A program made the translations under genes and the position numbers. Shown here piece after piece: positions 28,639-38,376 of a stretch of DNA of 64,000 nucleotides. The stretch lies in assembly GCA_043800255.1 (NCBI GenBank), contig JAZDNF010000009.1:256001-320000 (forward strand), given 5' to 3'. The DNA is from Candidatus Altiarchaeota archaeon (lineage in GTDB: Archaea > Altiarchaeota > Altiarchaeia > IMC4 > SCGC-AAA252-I15). Position 1 is the stretch's first letter. Each line of letters opens with the position of its first letter. The notes beneath the pieces were generated by a model, which saw only the letters and a program-made list of their open reading frames with translations, did not search any database and was not told the origin of the DNA.

Positions 28639-29382
28639 ATGGAACTTCAGAAGAAAGCGGTTAAGGGTGCTGCTGGCGGCAGCATGATAGGCGACAGCCA
28701 GCTGAAGAGGCTGGGGGAGTTTGGCTTGGAGGAACAGGCCAAGAGATTGCATTTGGATGCTGTAATCGCCAAAAAATTCAACTCAACCCTCGACAGTATT
28801 AAAAATCCGGATGATATGAGAAGGTTTTTTGACCGCGTTCTCCTGGCTTCGACGCTGCAGGAGGAGGGACGAACACTGGAGATAGACCATGAGGCCATGG
28901 AACTCGCTGAAAAGATAGTCAGCTCATCCAAGATGATGGTTGTCCCGCCTGCGGAGGCAGTGGTTGCGGCAGCGTCTGAGGTGGCTAGAACCAGAGGAGA
29001 TGAGTATTCTGCAGCTGACATACTAGGAGAGACTGTGAAAAACCCTAATGTAGTGTATCCTATTCCGCAAACGGTAAGCCAAGCGTTTGGCCTGAAGAAG
29101 GCGGATACTGTGGGTGAAACCAGTCTGGAGAAGATTGCGAATAAGATATACGCTGGACTACGCTATCTTGTAACAGGCAACTATAGCTCAGACAGGCTGG
29201 AGTATGACATCACCGGCGGAAATCTGGTCAAGTACGTGATTGACAATGCCCTCGCTCCAGACGCCGTGGACAAGGAACTCAGGAGGCACAGACATAATCA
29301 AGACATAACAAAACTTCTTGAGAGAATAGCTGAAGGTGAGAATCCTGTTGAGATGAAACTGAAGAGGGTTACGGTCACGTGA
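28639..29382 (+). CDS. Hypothetical protein
   Basis: 247-aa ORF with no recognised motif. Confidence 0.6.
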   Translation: MELQKKAVKGAAGGSMIGDSQLKRLGEFGLEEQAKRLHLDAVIAKKFNSTLDSIKNPDDMRRFFDRVLLASTLQEEGRTLEIDHEAMELAEKIVSSSKMMVVPPAEAVVAAASEVARTRGDEYSAADILGETVKNPNVVYPIPQTVSQAFGLKKADTVGETSLEKIANKIYAGLRYLVTGNYSSDRLEYDITGGNLVKYVIDNALAPDAVDKELRRHRHNQDITKLLERIAEGENPVEMKLKRVTVT

Positions 29383-29495
29383 AGAACGTCGTATGTAATC
29401 CGACCCTGTCATTTACAATACTGATTGGAAACGTATTTCTGCACATCCCCCCGCAGTATCTAGCGCCTATAATTATCTGAAAGACGTTATCTTTA

Positions 29496-31127
29496 GTGAT
29501 GACCGTCAAGACGAAGGGGATTGTCGTAGTGGGCAAAGAGCGCGTTGACGCCGCCCTCAAGGCCCAGGGAGACGAGCTTCCGGGAGTTATGAGCGACATC
29601 ATCAGAGGCAGGCGCAGGCGGAAGGATTCTGCAGCAGGCTCAATCACGACTGACATTCCAGCCCGCCTTTTTGAGATGACCGAATCAGGAGTCCTGAATG
29701 AGGTAACATGGGGGAGAAAAACAATCACAGGGCTTAATGTCGGGGAAAAGTTAGGCGAACCGTCGAAGAAAATTTATCCCATAGATTTGGGGGAGCGCAG
29801 GGGGGAGATAGAAGTCCAGACAACCGGACGCACCGGCACAGTAACGTTGTCAGGCCCTGAGGGAGAGGAGAAGTTCGAATTGGTAGAGGACATGCGTTCA
29901 ACGAGGGGCGACGAGCTCGAGGAGGATAACAAACGCCTTAGAGAAGACTTAAAGACTGCGGCCGAACTGAACGACCCGACTAAAAGCTTGGATGCGATGA
30001 ACAGGACCCTACTCGACGCAGTTAACAGACTTGTTGGATCTGAAGCATCGACTTTATTCCTTGTCGGAAGCGAGTTCCTCACGGCTGAGAAAAAAGAGTT
30101 GGAACGGTTCACGCTTGCTGACCGACAGATAAGGGCAGCGACCGTGGAGAGTGCCATCGTAAAATCGATCATAAGCGGGAGAACCGCCCGCGTTGACGAG
30201 GGTTCGATGACAGAGGAGGACAGAAAACTCCTTGGGAAAAAACCAAGCTCACTGTTTGTGATACCGATTGCCAAGGGAGCTGCGGACAAGAGGCAGGTTA
30301 TGGGAGCCCTGGTAGTCGAAGGGTCGAAAAAGGACCAGTTATCGTCGGCGGATATGTCATCCATAGAGTACCTCGCAAACCATGCCGCAAGCGAGGTGTT
30401 CTCCGAAAGACTCAACCAGGTGGACGCGATTACGAACCTCGTGCCAAGAGGGCTTTTCGACAGGATATATGAGTCTCTGATTGGAAGAGCCGTCACAGAG
30501 AGGGTTAACTTGACGGTGGGAGTCACTGACGTTGACCGTTTCAGCCAGGTCTCCAACAACATCGACCACGCCAGAGGTTCGGAGGTTATAAAGCAGATAG
30601 GCACAGTGATAAAATCTAACATTTCGAACGAGAGGCTGGCGGGAGCGTTCGGCGGAGACGAGATGAGGATACTTTTCAGGGAGTCGAAGGAGGAGAGCCT
30701 GAAACAAGCTGATAAGATTCGCAGTGCGATTGAAGCGCACAGCTTCTATTTCACGTTACATCCTGAGGAGAAAGACATTGTTTTGAAAAAAACATCAAGT
30801 CTAAAGTCCGATGAGGAGGTCATCAGGATGGAACATGAGGATGGGAAAGACGTGATAATAGTGCCTAAGGGGTCTGAAGTGTTGGAAAACGAGGATGGCA
30901 GTAGGATAATAAACCTCCCCCCGGGAACGTTTACGGTGAGTATTGGACTGGCAACATTGAGAGACGATGTTAATGAGCCCATCCAGGTCACACCGGGAAC
31001 CTTGACAGACACCAGGCGGAAACTGACAAACATCGCAGACAAACAACTGAAAGCCGCTAAGAAGGCCGGAAAAAACTGCGTAAAGGCGATAGGCAGCGGC
31101 GCGATTAGGGCGGGCGATAAAATCTGA
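29496..31127 (+). CDS. GAF + GGDEF (diguanylate cyclase-like) protein
   Basis: GAF-like (SLFVIPI..VMGALVV..YLANHAA); DAITNL, DVDRFSQVSNNIDHARGSEVI, FGGDEM, TVSIGLA, ADKQLKAAKKAGKN. Confidence 0.82.
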   Translation: MMTVKTKGIVVVGKERVDAALKAQGDELPGVMSDIIRGRRRRKDSAAGSITTDIPARLFEMTESGVLNEVTWGRKTITGLNVGEKLGEPSKKIYPIDLGERRGEIEVQTTGRTGTVTLSGPEGEEKFELVEDMRSTRGDELEEDNKRLREDLKTAAELNDPTKSLDAMNRTLLDAVNRLVGSEASTLFLVGSEFLTAEKKELERFTLADRQIRAATVESAIVKSIISGRTARVDEGSMTEEDRKLLGKKPSSLFVIPIAKGAADKRQVMGALVVEGSKKDQLSSADMSSIEYLANHAASEVFSERLNQVDAITNLVPRGLFDRIYESLIGRAVTERVNLTVGVTDVDRFSQVSNNIDHARGSEVIKQIGTVIKSNISNERLAGAFGGDEMRILFRESKEESLKQADKIRSAIEAHSFYFTLHPEEKDIVLKKTSSLKSDEEVIRMEHEDGKDVIIVPKGSEVLENEDGSRIINLPPGTFTVSIGLATLRDDVNEPIQVTPGTLTDTRRKLTNIADKQLKAAKKAGKNCVKAIGSGAIRAGDKI

Positions 31128-31132
31128 GGATG

Positions 31133-31687
31133 TTATTTGGTCTTGGGAAACGGTTTCGGCGGTTCGGGGCGGGCTGGCTTTTCCTGTCCGAGCTCGTCTA
31201 TGACCTTCAACAGTAAGTCTTGGTTGGACTCTTTCATTATGCTGTCAACTGATAGGACATACAGTTTCTTGAGCTCTGATATGTGGCCTCTCTCTGTTTG
31301 CAGCACGTGGAAGTAGTTATCCAACTCCTTGAGGCTTCTGAAGCCGTATACCACTATGTGGGTTACGTCGCCTTCAGATACTCTGTAGACGTTTGTCAGG
31401 TGGGGGCCCTTTATCCTGTCCCTGATGTCAGCCTCCTCCAGCCTGCTCCATTCTCCGGACTTGAACCTGAACTTCGCAACAGCGAAAACCTCTATCCCTA
31501 GCCTCTGGTAGTCTACGATTGTTGAGTATCCTTTTATCAGGCCTGTGCTCTCAAGCTTCTTCTGGATTTTTCCGACGGCCTGGGGCGTTATCCCGAGTTT
31601 TTTGGCTATTTCGCTGCAGGGCATCCTGCCGTCCTTTATGAAGTATTTGAGGGTTTTTTTCTCGTTTTCAGACAGTTTTGGTTTCAT
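31133..31687 (-). CDS. Lrp/AsnC-family regulator
   Basis: DGRMPCSEIAKKLGIT..KLESTGLIKGYS.IVDY..LG. Confidence 0.88.
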   Translation of the reverse strand: MKPKLSENEKKTLKYFIKDGRMPCSEIAKKLGITPQAVGKIQKKLESTGLIKGYSTIVDYQRLGIEVFAVAKFRFKSGEWSRLEEADIRDRIKGPHLTNVYRVSEGDVTHIVVYGFRSLKELDNYFHVLQTERGHISELKKLYVLSVDSIMKESNQDLLLKVIDELGQEKPARPEPPKPFPKTK

Positions 31688-31821
31688 ATTGTAACTTATT
31701 CTGCTTTTGAGTTTAAATATTTAAATGAGGATGTCTATAGATAAGGTATCCTAAACCGATAGGAATTTGAGGATATGACCAATAGTTGAGGATTCCTACA
31801 AAAAAAATAGAGGGTGATAAG

Positions 31822-33411
31822 ATGAACTTGAGAAGACCGAATTCGAACGAGGCATTGGGGACAGCCAACAGATCAAGGGACGTTGTCCCTATGTCAGGCA
31901 TATGCACGCGGTGCATGGACGACTGCAAAGGGAACTGCGACCTGTTCAAAGCATCATTCAGGGGCAGGGAACTGCTGTACCCAGGACCCTACGGATGCGT
32001 GACAGCAGGAGCAGACAAGGACTACCCTGTGGATTATTCGCACTTGAACATCCACGGATATGCTGTAGGCGCGGTTGGGCTGTCGAAGGGGCTGAAAGCA
32101 GACCCGGACGACGCAAGATTCCCGAACGTGAACACTGAGACTGAGTACGGCTGGGATAAGAAGGTTAAGCTGAAGGTGCCGGTGTTCACAGGCGCGCTGG
32201 GTTCGACAGACATCGCGAGAAAATACTGGGAGCACTTCGCAATCGGCGCCGCGATATCAGGGATAACGCTGGTATGCGGCGAGAACGTGTGCGGCGTAGA
32301 CCCGAAACTGAAGCTCGACGGCAACAAGAAGATAAAAGAGTCGCCTGAGATGGACAGGAGGATCACCACTTACAACAAGTTCCACGAAGGCTACGGCGAA
32401 ATCCTGGTGCAGATGAACGTCGAAGACACCAGATTGGGAGTCGCAGAGTACGTGTCAAGCAAGCATAACCTGGAAACGATAGAATTGAAGTGGGGCCAGG
32501 GCGCCAAATGCATAGGCGGGGAGATCAAAGTCAACGGTTTGGAGCGCGCTCTCGAGCTGAAAAAGAGGGGATACATCGTAACCCCCGACCCGGAGGATCC
32601 TGCCGTCAAAGCAGCGTTCAAGGACGGGGCGATCAAGGAGTTCGAGAGGCACTCGAGGCTGGGCTTCGTGTCCAAGGATGGCTTCATGGACGAGATTGAC
32701 AGGCTCAGGAGTCTGGGCTTCAAGAGGATAACGTTGAAGACAGGAGCTTACGGCCTGCCTGAACTTGCGATGGCCATGAGGTGGGGCAGCGAGGCTAAGA
32801 TAGACCTTCTCACGATAGACGGCGCGCCTGGAGGAACAGGCATGAGCCCCTGGGGCATGATGAGCGAGTGGGGCATCCCAAGCTTCTACCTGCATTCCGC
32901 GGCATACGAGTTCGCCGAGAAGCTGAGGAAGAAGAGGCTCAGAGTGCCGGACCTCGCCTTCGCAGGAGGTTTCTCCTCCGAGGACGGCATATTCAAGGCA
33001 CTCGCCTTGGGTTCGCCGTATGTGAAAGCTATCTGCATGGGCCGCGGCCTCATGATACCCGGATTCGTGGGCAAGAACATAACCCAGTGGATCAAGGAGG
33101 GCAAGCTCCCGAAGACGGTATCAGACTTCGGGCAGAAGCCTGAGGAGATATTCGTCCACTATGACGAGATCAAGGAAAGATATGGCAAAGACTTCAAGGA
33201 CATACCATTGGGAGCCATCGGAGTCTACTCTGTTGCACAGAAGCTGAAGGTCGGATTGCAGCAGCTTATGGCAGGCGCCAGAAAATTCAGCGTCCCAACC
33301 ATAGCAAGAGACGACCTAATGGCACTGACCAGAGAGTCTGCGGAAGTCTCAGGCATACCATACGTGATGGAAAGCTACAGAGACAAAGCAGAAGCCATAC
33401 TAGACGAGTAA
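31822..33411 (+). CDS. Glutamate synthase FMN-binding subunit (standalone GltB domain 2 family)
   Basis: IELKWGQGAKCIGG, LKTG, IDGAPGGTG, AGG, KALALG, MGR; start moved to the ATG after GAGGGTGA. Confidence 0.85.
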   Translation: MNLRRPNSNEALGTANRSRDVVPMSGICTRCMDDCKGNCDLFKASFRGRELLYPGPYGCVTAGADKDYPVDYSHLNIHGYAVGAVGLSKGLKADPDDARFPNVNTETEYGWDKKVKLKVPVFTGALGSTDIARKYWEHFAIGAAISGITLVCGENVCGVDPKLKLDGNKKIKESPEMDRRITTYNKFHEGYGEILVQMNVEDTRLGVAEYVSSKHNLETIELKWGQGAKCIGGEIKVNGLERALELKKRGYIVTPDPEDPAVKAAFKDGAIKEFERHSRLGFVSKDGFMDEIDRLRSLGFKRITLKTGAYGLPELAMAMRWGSEAKIDLLTIDGAPGGTGMSPWGMMSEWGIPSFYLHSAAYEFAEKLRKKRLRVPDLAFAGGFSSEDGIFKALALGSPYVKAICMGRGLMIPGFVGKNITQWIKEGKLPKTVSDFGQKPEEIFVHYDEIKERYGKDFKDIPLGAIGVYSVAQKLKVGLQQLMAGARKFSVPTIARDDLMALTRESAEVSGIPYVMESYRDKAEAILDE

Positions 33412-33418
33412 AACAAAA

Positions 33419-33445
33419 GGGTGAGCAACGCTCACCCACCTTTTT
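33419..33445. terminator. Hairpin plus T tract between convergent genes
   Basis: GGGTGAGC-AAC-GCTCACCC followed by TTTTT and preceded by AAAA. Confidence 0.6.
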
Positions 33446-33452
33446 CTATTTT

Positions 33453-34151
33453 TTATTCAACATTGAGAGCTTCCGTTATATTCTTTTTCAGCTCGATGAA
33501 ATCCTTAGTGAACCTCAGCTCCTTGCTTCTTGGCCGCTCATGGCCAATAGGATATTCTCCGCATATCTTTTTGTTTTTCATCAGGAGGATTCTGTCGGAT
33601 AAAAAGGCCGCCTCCTCAATGGAGTGAGTTACGAAGAGTATCGTCTTCCTCTCCCGCTCCCATACGCCCAGCAGCCACTGCTGCATTTTTTCCCGCGTGT
33701 AGACGTCTAACGCCCCATATGGCTCGTCCATGAGGATGAGGTCAGGGTCCGCGGCCATCGTCCTTGCAAGGGCAACCCTCTGAACCTGGCCGCCGGAGAG
33801 TTGGTGGGGGTAGTGGCTTGCCTTGTCCTCCAGCCCTATCGTCTTGAGATAGTGTTCCGCGGTTTTGCCGTCCTTCAGGCCGAATGCGATGTTGTCTTTT
33901 ACTGTTAACCATGGGAAGACAGCGTGGTTCTGGAAGACGACGCCTATTCTCTCCGGCCTTTTGACGGTTCCCCTGTAGCCTATGAACCCTGCGATGGCGT
34001 TCAACAGCGTGGTCTTACCGCATCCTGATTCCCCGATTATTGACACGAACTCACCCTCTTTGACCTTGAGGTTCAGGTCTTCCAGGACGGGAAGGCCAGC
34101 GTAGCTTACGTGCAGCCCCTCAACCTTGAGGTTCAGGTCTTTCCTATCCAT
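33453..34151 (-). CDS. NitT/TauT ABC transporter ATPase
   Basis: GESGCGKTT, FPWLTV, LSGGQ, MDEPYGALD, FVTHS. Confidence 0.92.
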   Translation of the reverse strand: MDRKDLNLKVEGLHVSYAGLPVLEDLNLKVKEGEFVSIIGESGCGKTTLLNAIAGFIGYRGTVKRPERIGVVFQNHAVFPWLTVKDNIAFGLKDGKTAEHYLKTIGLEDKASHYPHQLSGGQVQRVALARTMAADPDLILMDEPYGALDVYTREKMQQWLLGVWERERKTILFVTHSIEEAAFLSDRILLMKNKKICGEYPIGHERPRSKELRFTKDFIELKKNITEALNVE

Positions 34152-34894
34152 GGGAACGTCCTCTGCACGATGCTCACGAAAACGTAGTCTGTCAGGGCTC
34201 CGAAGAACCCTAACAGGATTAGGCCTGCAATCATCTTGTCGATCCTATAAGCGAGGTGGGATACTGAGATTAGATAGCCGAGGCCGCTTGACGAGCCAGC
34301 CAGCTCGGATACGAATACCATGATATACGCGATACCTATGCCCGTCCGGATGCCTGCGACGACAAACGGCAGGGAGGCGTGCAATATCACCTTGAGCCAT
34401 TTTTTTATCACAGAGTCGGTGAGCGTTGAAGTGGCATGCAGGTAGCGCTCTGGTATGTTCGACGCTCCGGCGTGCGTGTTGATCCAGACTGGGAAGAACA
34501 CCGCGAAGCTTATCGAGAACAGTTTTGCGGTCTCTCCTATGCCGAACCAGACGATCACGAGGGGGATTATCGCAACTGGTGGGAATGATCTGAGAACCTG
34601 GAGTATGGGATTCAGCGACTGGTCGATTGCCTTTATCCTTCCTGTCAGCAGGCCCAGGATTATTCCAGCCAGGCTTCCCAACGATAGGCCTGCCAGCACC
34701 CTCCACATGCTGGCTTTTATGTGCAGGGCGAGTCCGCCTGAGCTGGCAAGCTCTAGGAACGACTTCGCAACCTGTGTTGGAGGGGGGAATAGCGTTGCAT
34801 TCACCAGGCCGCTATTAGACGCTAGCTGCCAAAGCCCAACTGACACTAGGAGGGAGATGGCAGTATACGCCCAACCCATTTTTCTGGTAGACAT
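34133..34894 (-). CDS. NitT/TauT ABC transporter permease
   Basis: FPPP, PPVAIIPL..WFGIGE, SEL..GLGY. Confidence 0.92.
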   Translation of the reverse strand: MSTRKMGWAYTAISLLVSVGLWQLASNSGLVNATLFPPPTQVAKSFLELASSGGLALHIKASMWRVLAGLSLGSLAGIILGLLTGRIKAIDQSLNPILQVLRSFPPVAIIPLVIVWFGIGETAKLFSISFAVFFPVWINTHAGASNIPERYLHATSTLTDSVIKKWLKVILHASLPFVVAGIRTGIGIAYIMVFVSELAGSSSGLGYLISVSHLAYRIDKMIAGLILLGFFGALTDYVFVSIVQRTFPWIGKT

Positions 34895-34902
34895 GCTCCC
34901 TC

Positions 34903-35904
34903 TCAGATGGTCACATACTCCGGCTTAACCCGCTTCAACGAGTCCGTGTATATGTATTCTCTGAAATCGGGCACCACAGTGTCGGCGCTGACCTTGCCAG
35001 TCTCCTTCGCCCACTCCGCCTCAGCTTCCAGATACTCTGGCAGGAGGTCGTTTAGAACCGGCTTGAACACGAAGTTGCTCCAGATAACGTCTAGGGTGTC
35101 CCTGTCCAATTTTGAATACGGCATCACTATGTTCTTTGACTCTTCGGGATTTTGTTCTATGAATTGGGATGCTTTGAGCAGGCTTCGCAATATTTTTTCC
35201 GTTTCCTCAGGGTGTGCTCTGACCCAGTCTTTATGGGCAGTTAGGACGAACATTTCAGAATACAAATCACCGTCTTTGAAGACTACTGCATCACCATCGA
35301 GCTTTTGCTCGGCGAAATAGGCGAACGGATCGAATACTGCTACAGCGTCTACAGTTCCGCTGGCGAGCGCCGCAGGCATGTCCTCTGGCTTCTGGTTGAC
35401 GAGTTCGATATCCGTGATGTTATATTTTTCAAGGAATTCGTGAGTGTAGAATTCTGGGCCGCCTCCGAATGACGTGGCCAGCTTCCGTTTCTTCGCCTGG
35501 AAGTATGCTTGAGGCTCATTCAGATCACCGTCCTTTCGGGCTACAATCCTGACCTCATTCTTTGTTCTTTCCACAAGTTGCGTGATGACGTAGAAGTCGT
35601 TTCCACTGAGTGTTGAGTACATGACCGGGACTTCGCCGCTGACTGTCAGGTCTAGTGACCCCGCGAGAAACGCTTGTAGTGCGAATTTTCCGGCGGTGAA
35701 TTCGACAAATTCCACATTCAGGCCTTCTTCTTCAAAAAATCCCTTTTCCTTGGCCACGAAAAGCAGCGCCGGGAAAGGTGACGTGGCTATGCCGATTTTT
35801 AGGGGAGTTTCCTCTTGGATAACCTTATTGTCACTTGGATTGCTGATGCACCCGCTGATGATTACCGCGATTATTGCTAACAGGATAATGTGTGTTATTT
35901 TCAT
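34903..35904 (-). CDS. NitT/TauT ABC substrate-binding lipoprotein
   Basis: IISGC lipobox, VAKEKGFFEEEGL, GTVDA..FDP; start MKITH. Confidence 0.9.
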   Translation of the reverse strand: MKITHIILLAIIAVIISGCISNPSDNKVIQEETPLKIGIATSPFPALLFVAKEKGFFEEEGLNVEFVEFTAGKFALQAFLAGSLDLTVSGEVPVMYSTLSGNDFYVITQLVERTKNEVRIVARKDGDLNEPQAYFQAKKRKLATSFGGGPEFYTHEFLEKYNITDIELVNQKPEDMPAALASGTVDAVAVFDPFAYFAEQKLDGDAVVFKDGDLYSEMFVLTAHKDWVRAHPEETEKILRSLLKASQFIEQNPEESKNIVMPYSKLDRDTLDVIWSNFVFKPVLNDLLPEYLEAEAEWAKETGKVSADTVVPDFREYIYTDSLKRVKPEYVTI

Positions 35905-35950
35905 CGTAAACCACCTCAAACATAGTACTGAGGAGTAGACGTATTTAAGT

Positions 35951-35977
35951 CTGGTCGTCCAATAGTTGGACAACCAG
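35951..35977. promoter_or_regulatory. Imperfect 12-bp palindrome, candidate operator
   Basis: CTGGTCGTCCAA-TAG-TTGGACAACCAG flanked by TATA-like sequences. Confidence 0.55.
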
Positions 35978-36042
35978 GTATATAAATATGCACCGGCCGA
36001 AAACCGGCAGGAGTTCTGCTAAGCCATTGTTTCATTTAATTT

Positions 36043-36978
36043 TTGATAAGTAGCAATGTTAATGACATGATAAAGGGAGTAGATCACCCAAAGGAACCTA
36101 CCAGAAAGGTTGATGACAAAAATACGGCATCAGATCGCATACGTGATGATTTGACTCGATTAGATCAGCACGCCAGTATTTTCCAGGGGGATAAAGTTGA
36201 GTGCAGCAAAGTCGTTAGGGTAAAAACGACACCAGACATCCAATATGCATTAGAAAAATGGAGGAAGAATGACTCGGCTTTAGATATTATGGATGGGAAG
36301 CCGGTATTGAATGTGTGGGAGGACATAGGGGATACGCCAACTCAACGACTAGAATTGCCAAATAATGGCTTTTACCTTGAGTTAGCTAGGGATGTGAAGA
36401 AAGACAGTATTAGTGTAGACATAGATAGCTATGCGGATGGTAGGTTATTTCTAAAGATGCGAGGCAGCTCTGAATTATTTCGAGGACATAAAGCCTTGTG
36501 GGTTTTGCCGGATGGATTAGAACTCAGTTACGATAGTCCGTCAATATTAGAGAATTGTCTCTCCGATAAGTGGACAACTACCGGAAGAAGAGACTTGCTT
36601 GAGGGCAAAGTGATTGAAGATCAGGTAGGAGACCAAAAATTTGCTTCAAAAGGGGGAGCAACATATTCAGATCATAATATGTTTGATGAGGTTCAAATGT
36701 ATCAAAGACTTCATCGTTTAATAGCTGAGCTGAGTCTACAAGATCAGGTTAGAATTCCGAAATTATTCTTTGCAACAGAGGAGGGCATTTGTTTGGAGAG
36801 TTTATTTGACTACCAGAATATAGCAAATTCCAGAGACGCAGAAGTAATAAAAAGATTTCATGAACTGCCCCTTCACCGTCGTTATGACTTAACCGAATGG
36901 GAATGTTTTGTGACTGGCGAAAAAAAGAACCCTGTTTTTGTTATAGTTGATGCGCACAAATACCGGTTTCATGATTAA
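36043..36978 (+). CDS. Hypothetical protein, AT-richer than neighbours, possible C-terminal kinase-like fold
   Basis: 311-aa ORF; FASK, DEVQMY, RIPKL, ICLESL, YDL, FVIVD occur in kinase order. Confidence 0.55.
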   Translation: MISSNVNDMIKGVDHPKEPTRKVDDKNTASDRIRDDLTRLDQHASIFQGDKVECSKVVRVKTTPDIQYALEKWRKNDSALDIMDGKPVLNVWEDIGDTPTQRLELPNNGFYLELARDVKKDSISVDIDSYADGRLFLKMRGSSELFRGHKALWVLPDGLELSYDSPSILENCLSDKWTTTGRRDLLEGKVIEDQVGDQKFASKGGATYSDHNMFDEVQMYQRLHRLIAELSLQDQVRIPKLFFATEEGICLESLFDYQNIANSRDAEVIKRFHELPLHRRYDLTEWECFVTGEKKNPVFVIVDAHKYRFHD

Positions 36979-37017
36979 TCAATGCAACCCCGTCAAATCA
37001 GATAATCCTACTGGGAG

Positions 37018-37776
37018 ATGAACCTGGAGATACTTGAAAAAATAGGGCTGAGCAAGGCTGAAGTTAGGGTCTACGTCACACTGTTGGAGCTGGGTTCGAC
37101 GCCCTCCTCGAGGGTGGTTGACGAGACGGGCTTCAGGAAGTCCACAGTGTACGAGAGCATAAGACGGTTGCAGGAGAGGGGGCTGGTCTCCTATGTCATC
37201 AAGGACAAGAGGAGGTATTATGAGGCGCAGAACCCGGACAGGCTGGTAGACTTCCTCGATGACAGGAGGAAGGAACTTGAGGAATATGAGGTGGATGTCC
37301 GAAAAATAATACCGAAACTGAAGAAGGGTTTTGACCTTCTGAAACCCCACGCGGAAGCCCACGTCCTGGCGGGAATCGAAGGGTTCAAGACCATGAGAGA
37401 CGACGTTCTGAAAAATGCAGATAAGGGTCTTCTGCTTATTGGCGCGATTTCAAAGGAGGGCGATGTGATGCCTGGTTTCTTCAGGAATTGGAACGAAGCC
37501 AGGCAGATAAAGAAAATCCATATGCGAGTTTTGAACAAGGAGAGTTCCAGACAGAAGGCGATGGCAAAAAAAGAGTTCATGGGAGAGTATTTCAATATGC
37601 GGTTTCTCCCGGAAGAGCTTGAGAGCCCGGCAGTCATTAACATCTATGGAGACAGGGTTGTGAACGTCTTATGGAAGAAAAAACACCCGCTCTGCTTCAT
37701 GCTGATAAACTCTGACATAGCAGACTCCTACAGAAAATACTTCGAATACCTGTGGAAGAAAGCGGCAGAAAAATAA
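37018..37776 (+). CDS. TrmB-family transcriptional regulator
   Basis: LEKIGLSKAEVRVYVTLLELG..VYESIRRL..GLV..YEAQNP; C-terminal IYGDRV..FEYLW. Confidence 0.88.
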   Translation: MNLEILEKIGLSKAEVRVYVTLLELGSTPSSRVVDETGFRKSTVYESIRRLQERGLVSYVIKDKRRYYEAQNPDRLVDFLDDRRKELEEYEVDVRKIIPKLKKGFDLLKPHAEAHVLAGIEGFKTMRDDVLKNADKGLLLIGAISKEGDVMPGFFRNWNEARQIKKIHMRVLNKESSRQKAMAKKEFMGEYFNMRFLPEELESPAVINIYGDRVVNVLWKKKHPLCFMLINSDIADSYRKYFEYLWKKAAEK

Positions 37777-37858
37777 AAAATTAAGGTATAATCCCTGACT
37801 CCGAGGACTATCCCGCCAAAAAGGCAGGATGATAGTTGTTAAACTCAATCTGGTGCGT

Positions 37859-38140
37859 CTAGTTTTTGGGCCGCCATTGGTATACTTTATCGTGGTGGTC
37901 GTAGTAGTAGACGTCAACCACTTTGTTTTCGTGGTCGATTTTGAAGATTAGGACAAAGTGGGTGTCGATGTGCACTCTGTTAAACGTTTGCAGTGGTTTT
38001 CGCAGATACTTGTGTTTATGACAGGGGTTCTGCCTGATCTCCGTAATCTTCTTGTCGATTGTTCTGAGTTGTCTTGTGTTCTTCGTCGCTAGTTTCTTGA
38101 ATATTCTGTCTGCCTCAGGTTTAATGTCTAGAAGATACAT
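37859..38140 (-). CDS. RelE/YafQ-like type II toxin, copy 2
   Basis: 93-aa paralogue of 2109..2441 without the insertion. Confidence 0.82.
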   Translation of the reverse strand: MYLLDIKPEADRIFKKLATKNTRQLRTIDKKITEIRQNPCHKHKYLRKPLQTFNRVHIDTHFVLIFKIDHENKVVDVYYYDHHDKVYQWRPKN

Positions 38141-38142
38141 CC

Positions 38143-38376
38143 TCAGCTTAAACCGTATCTCTTGGCAAAGTCATCGACGCGGATGCTTTTCTGTTTACTT
38201 ATCGACTTGATTTTTTCAATAAATTCAGGTTTAAGTTCAGGCTCGCCCTCATACTCGATAAACTCATTCACCACAAGGTCTATAGCTTCACCTTTATTTT
38301 TCAGACTATACCTAGCCTTAACAATATTCAGCACCCTGTTTGTATTTTCACCTATTTGAACCAGCGCATTAACCAT
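38143..38376 (-). CDS. Antitoxin (DUF2683-like), copy 2
   Basis: 77-aa near-identical paralogue of 2444..2677. Confidence 0.78.
   Translation of the reverse strand: MVNALVQIGENTNRVLNIVKARYSLKNKGEAIDLVVNEFIEYEGEPELKPEFIEKIKSISKQKSIRVDDFAKRYGLS

Noticed and set aside
28639-28700. Shared Lys/Gly-rich N-termini in orphan proteins (MELQKKAVKGAAGG, MAVKVAGKGGG, MTVKTKG) as a targeting signal
   Set aside because: Three short low-complexity matches cannot be distinguished from chance
29774-30622. Long antisense ORFs (282 aa here; also 39562..40359, 58649..59323, 27149..27787)
   Set aside because: They overlap well-supported genes on the opposite strand and have no motifs
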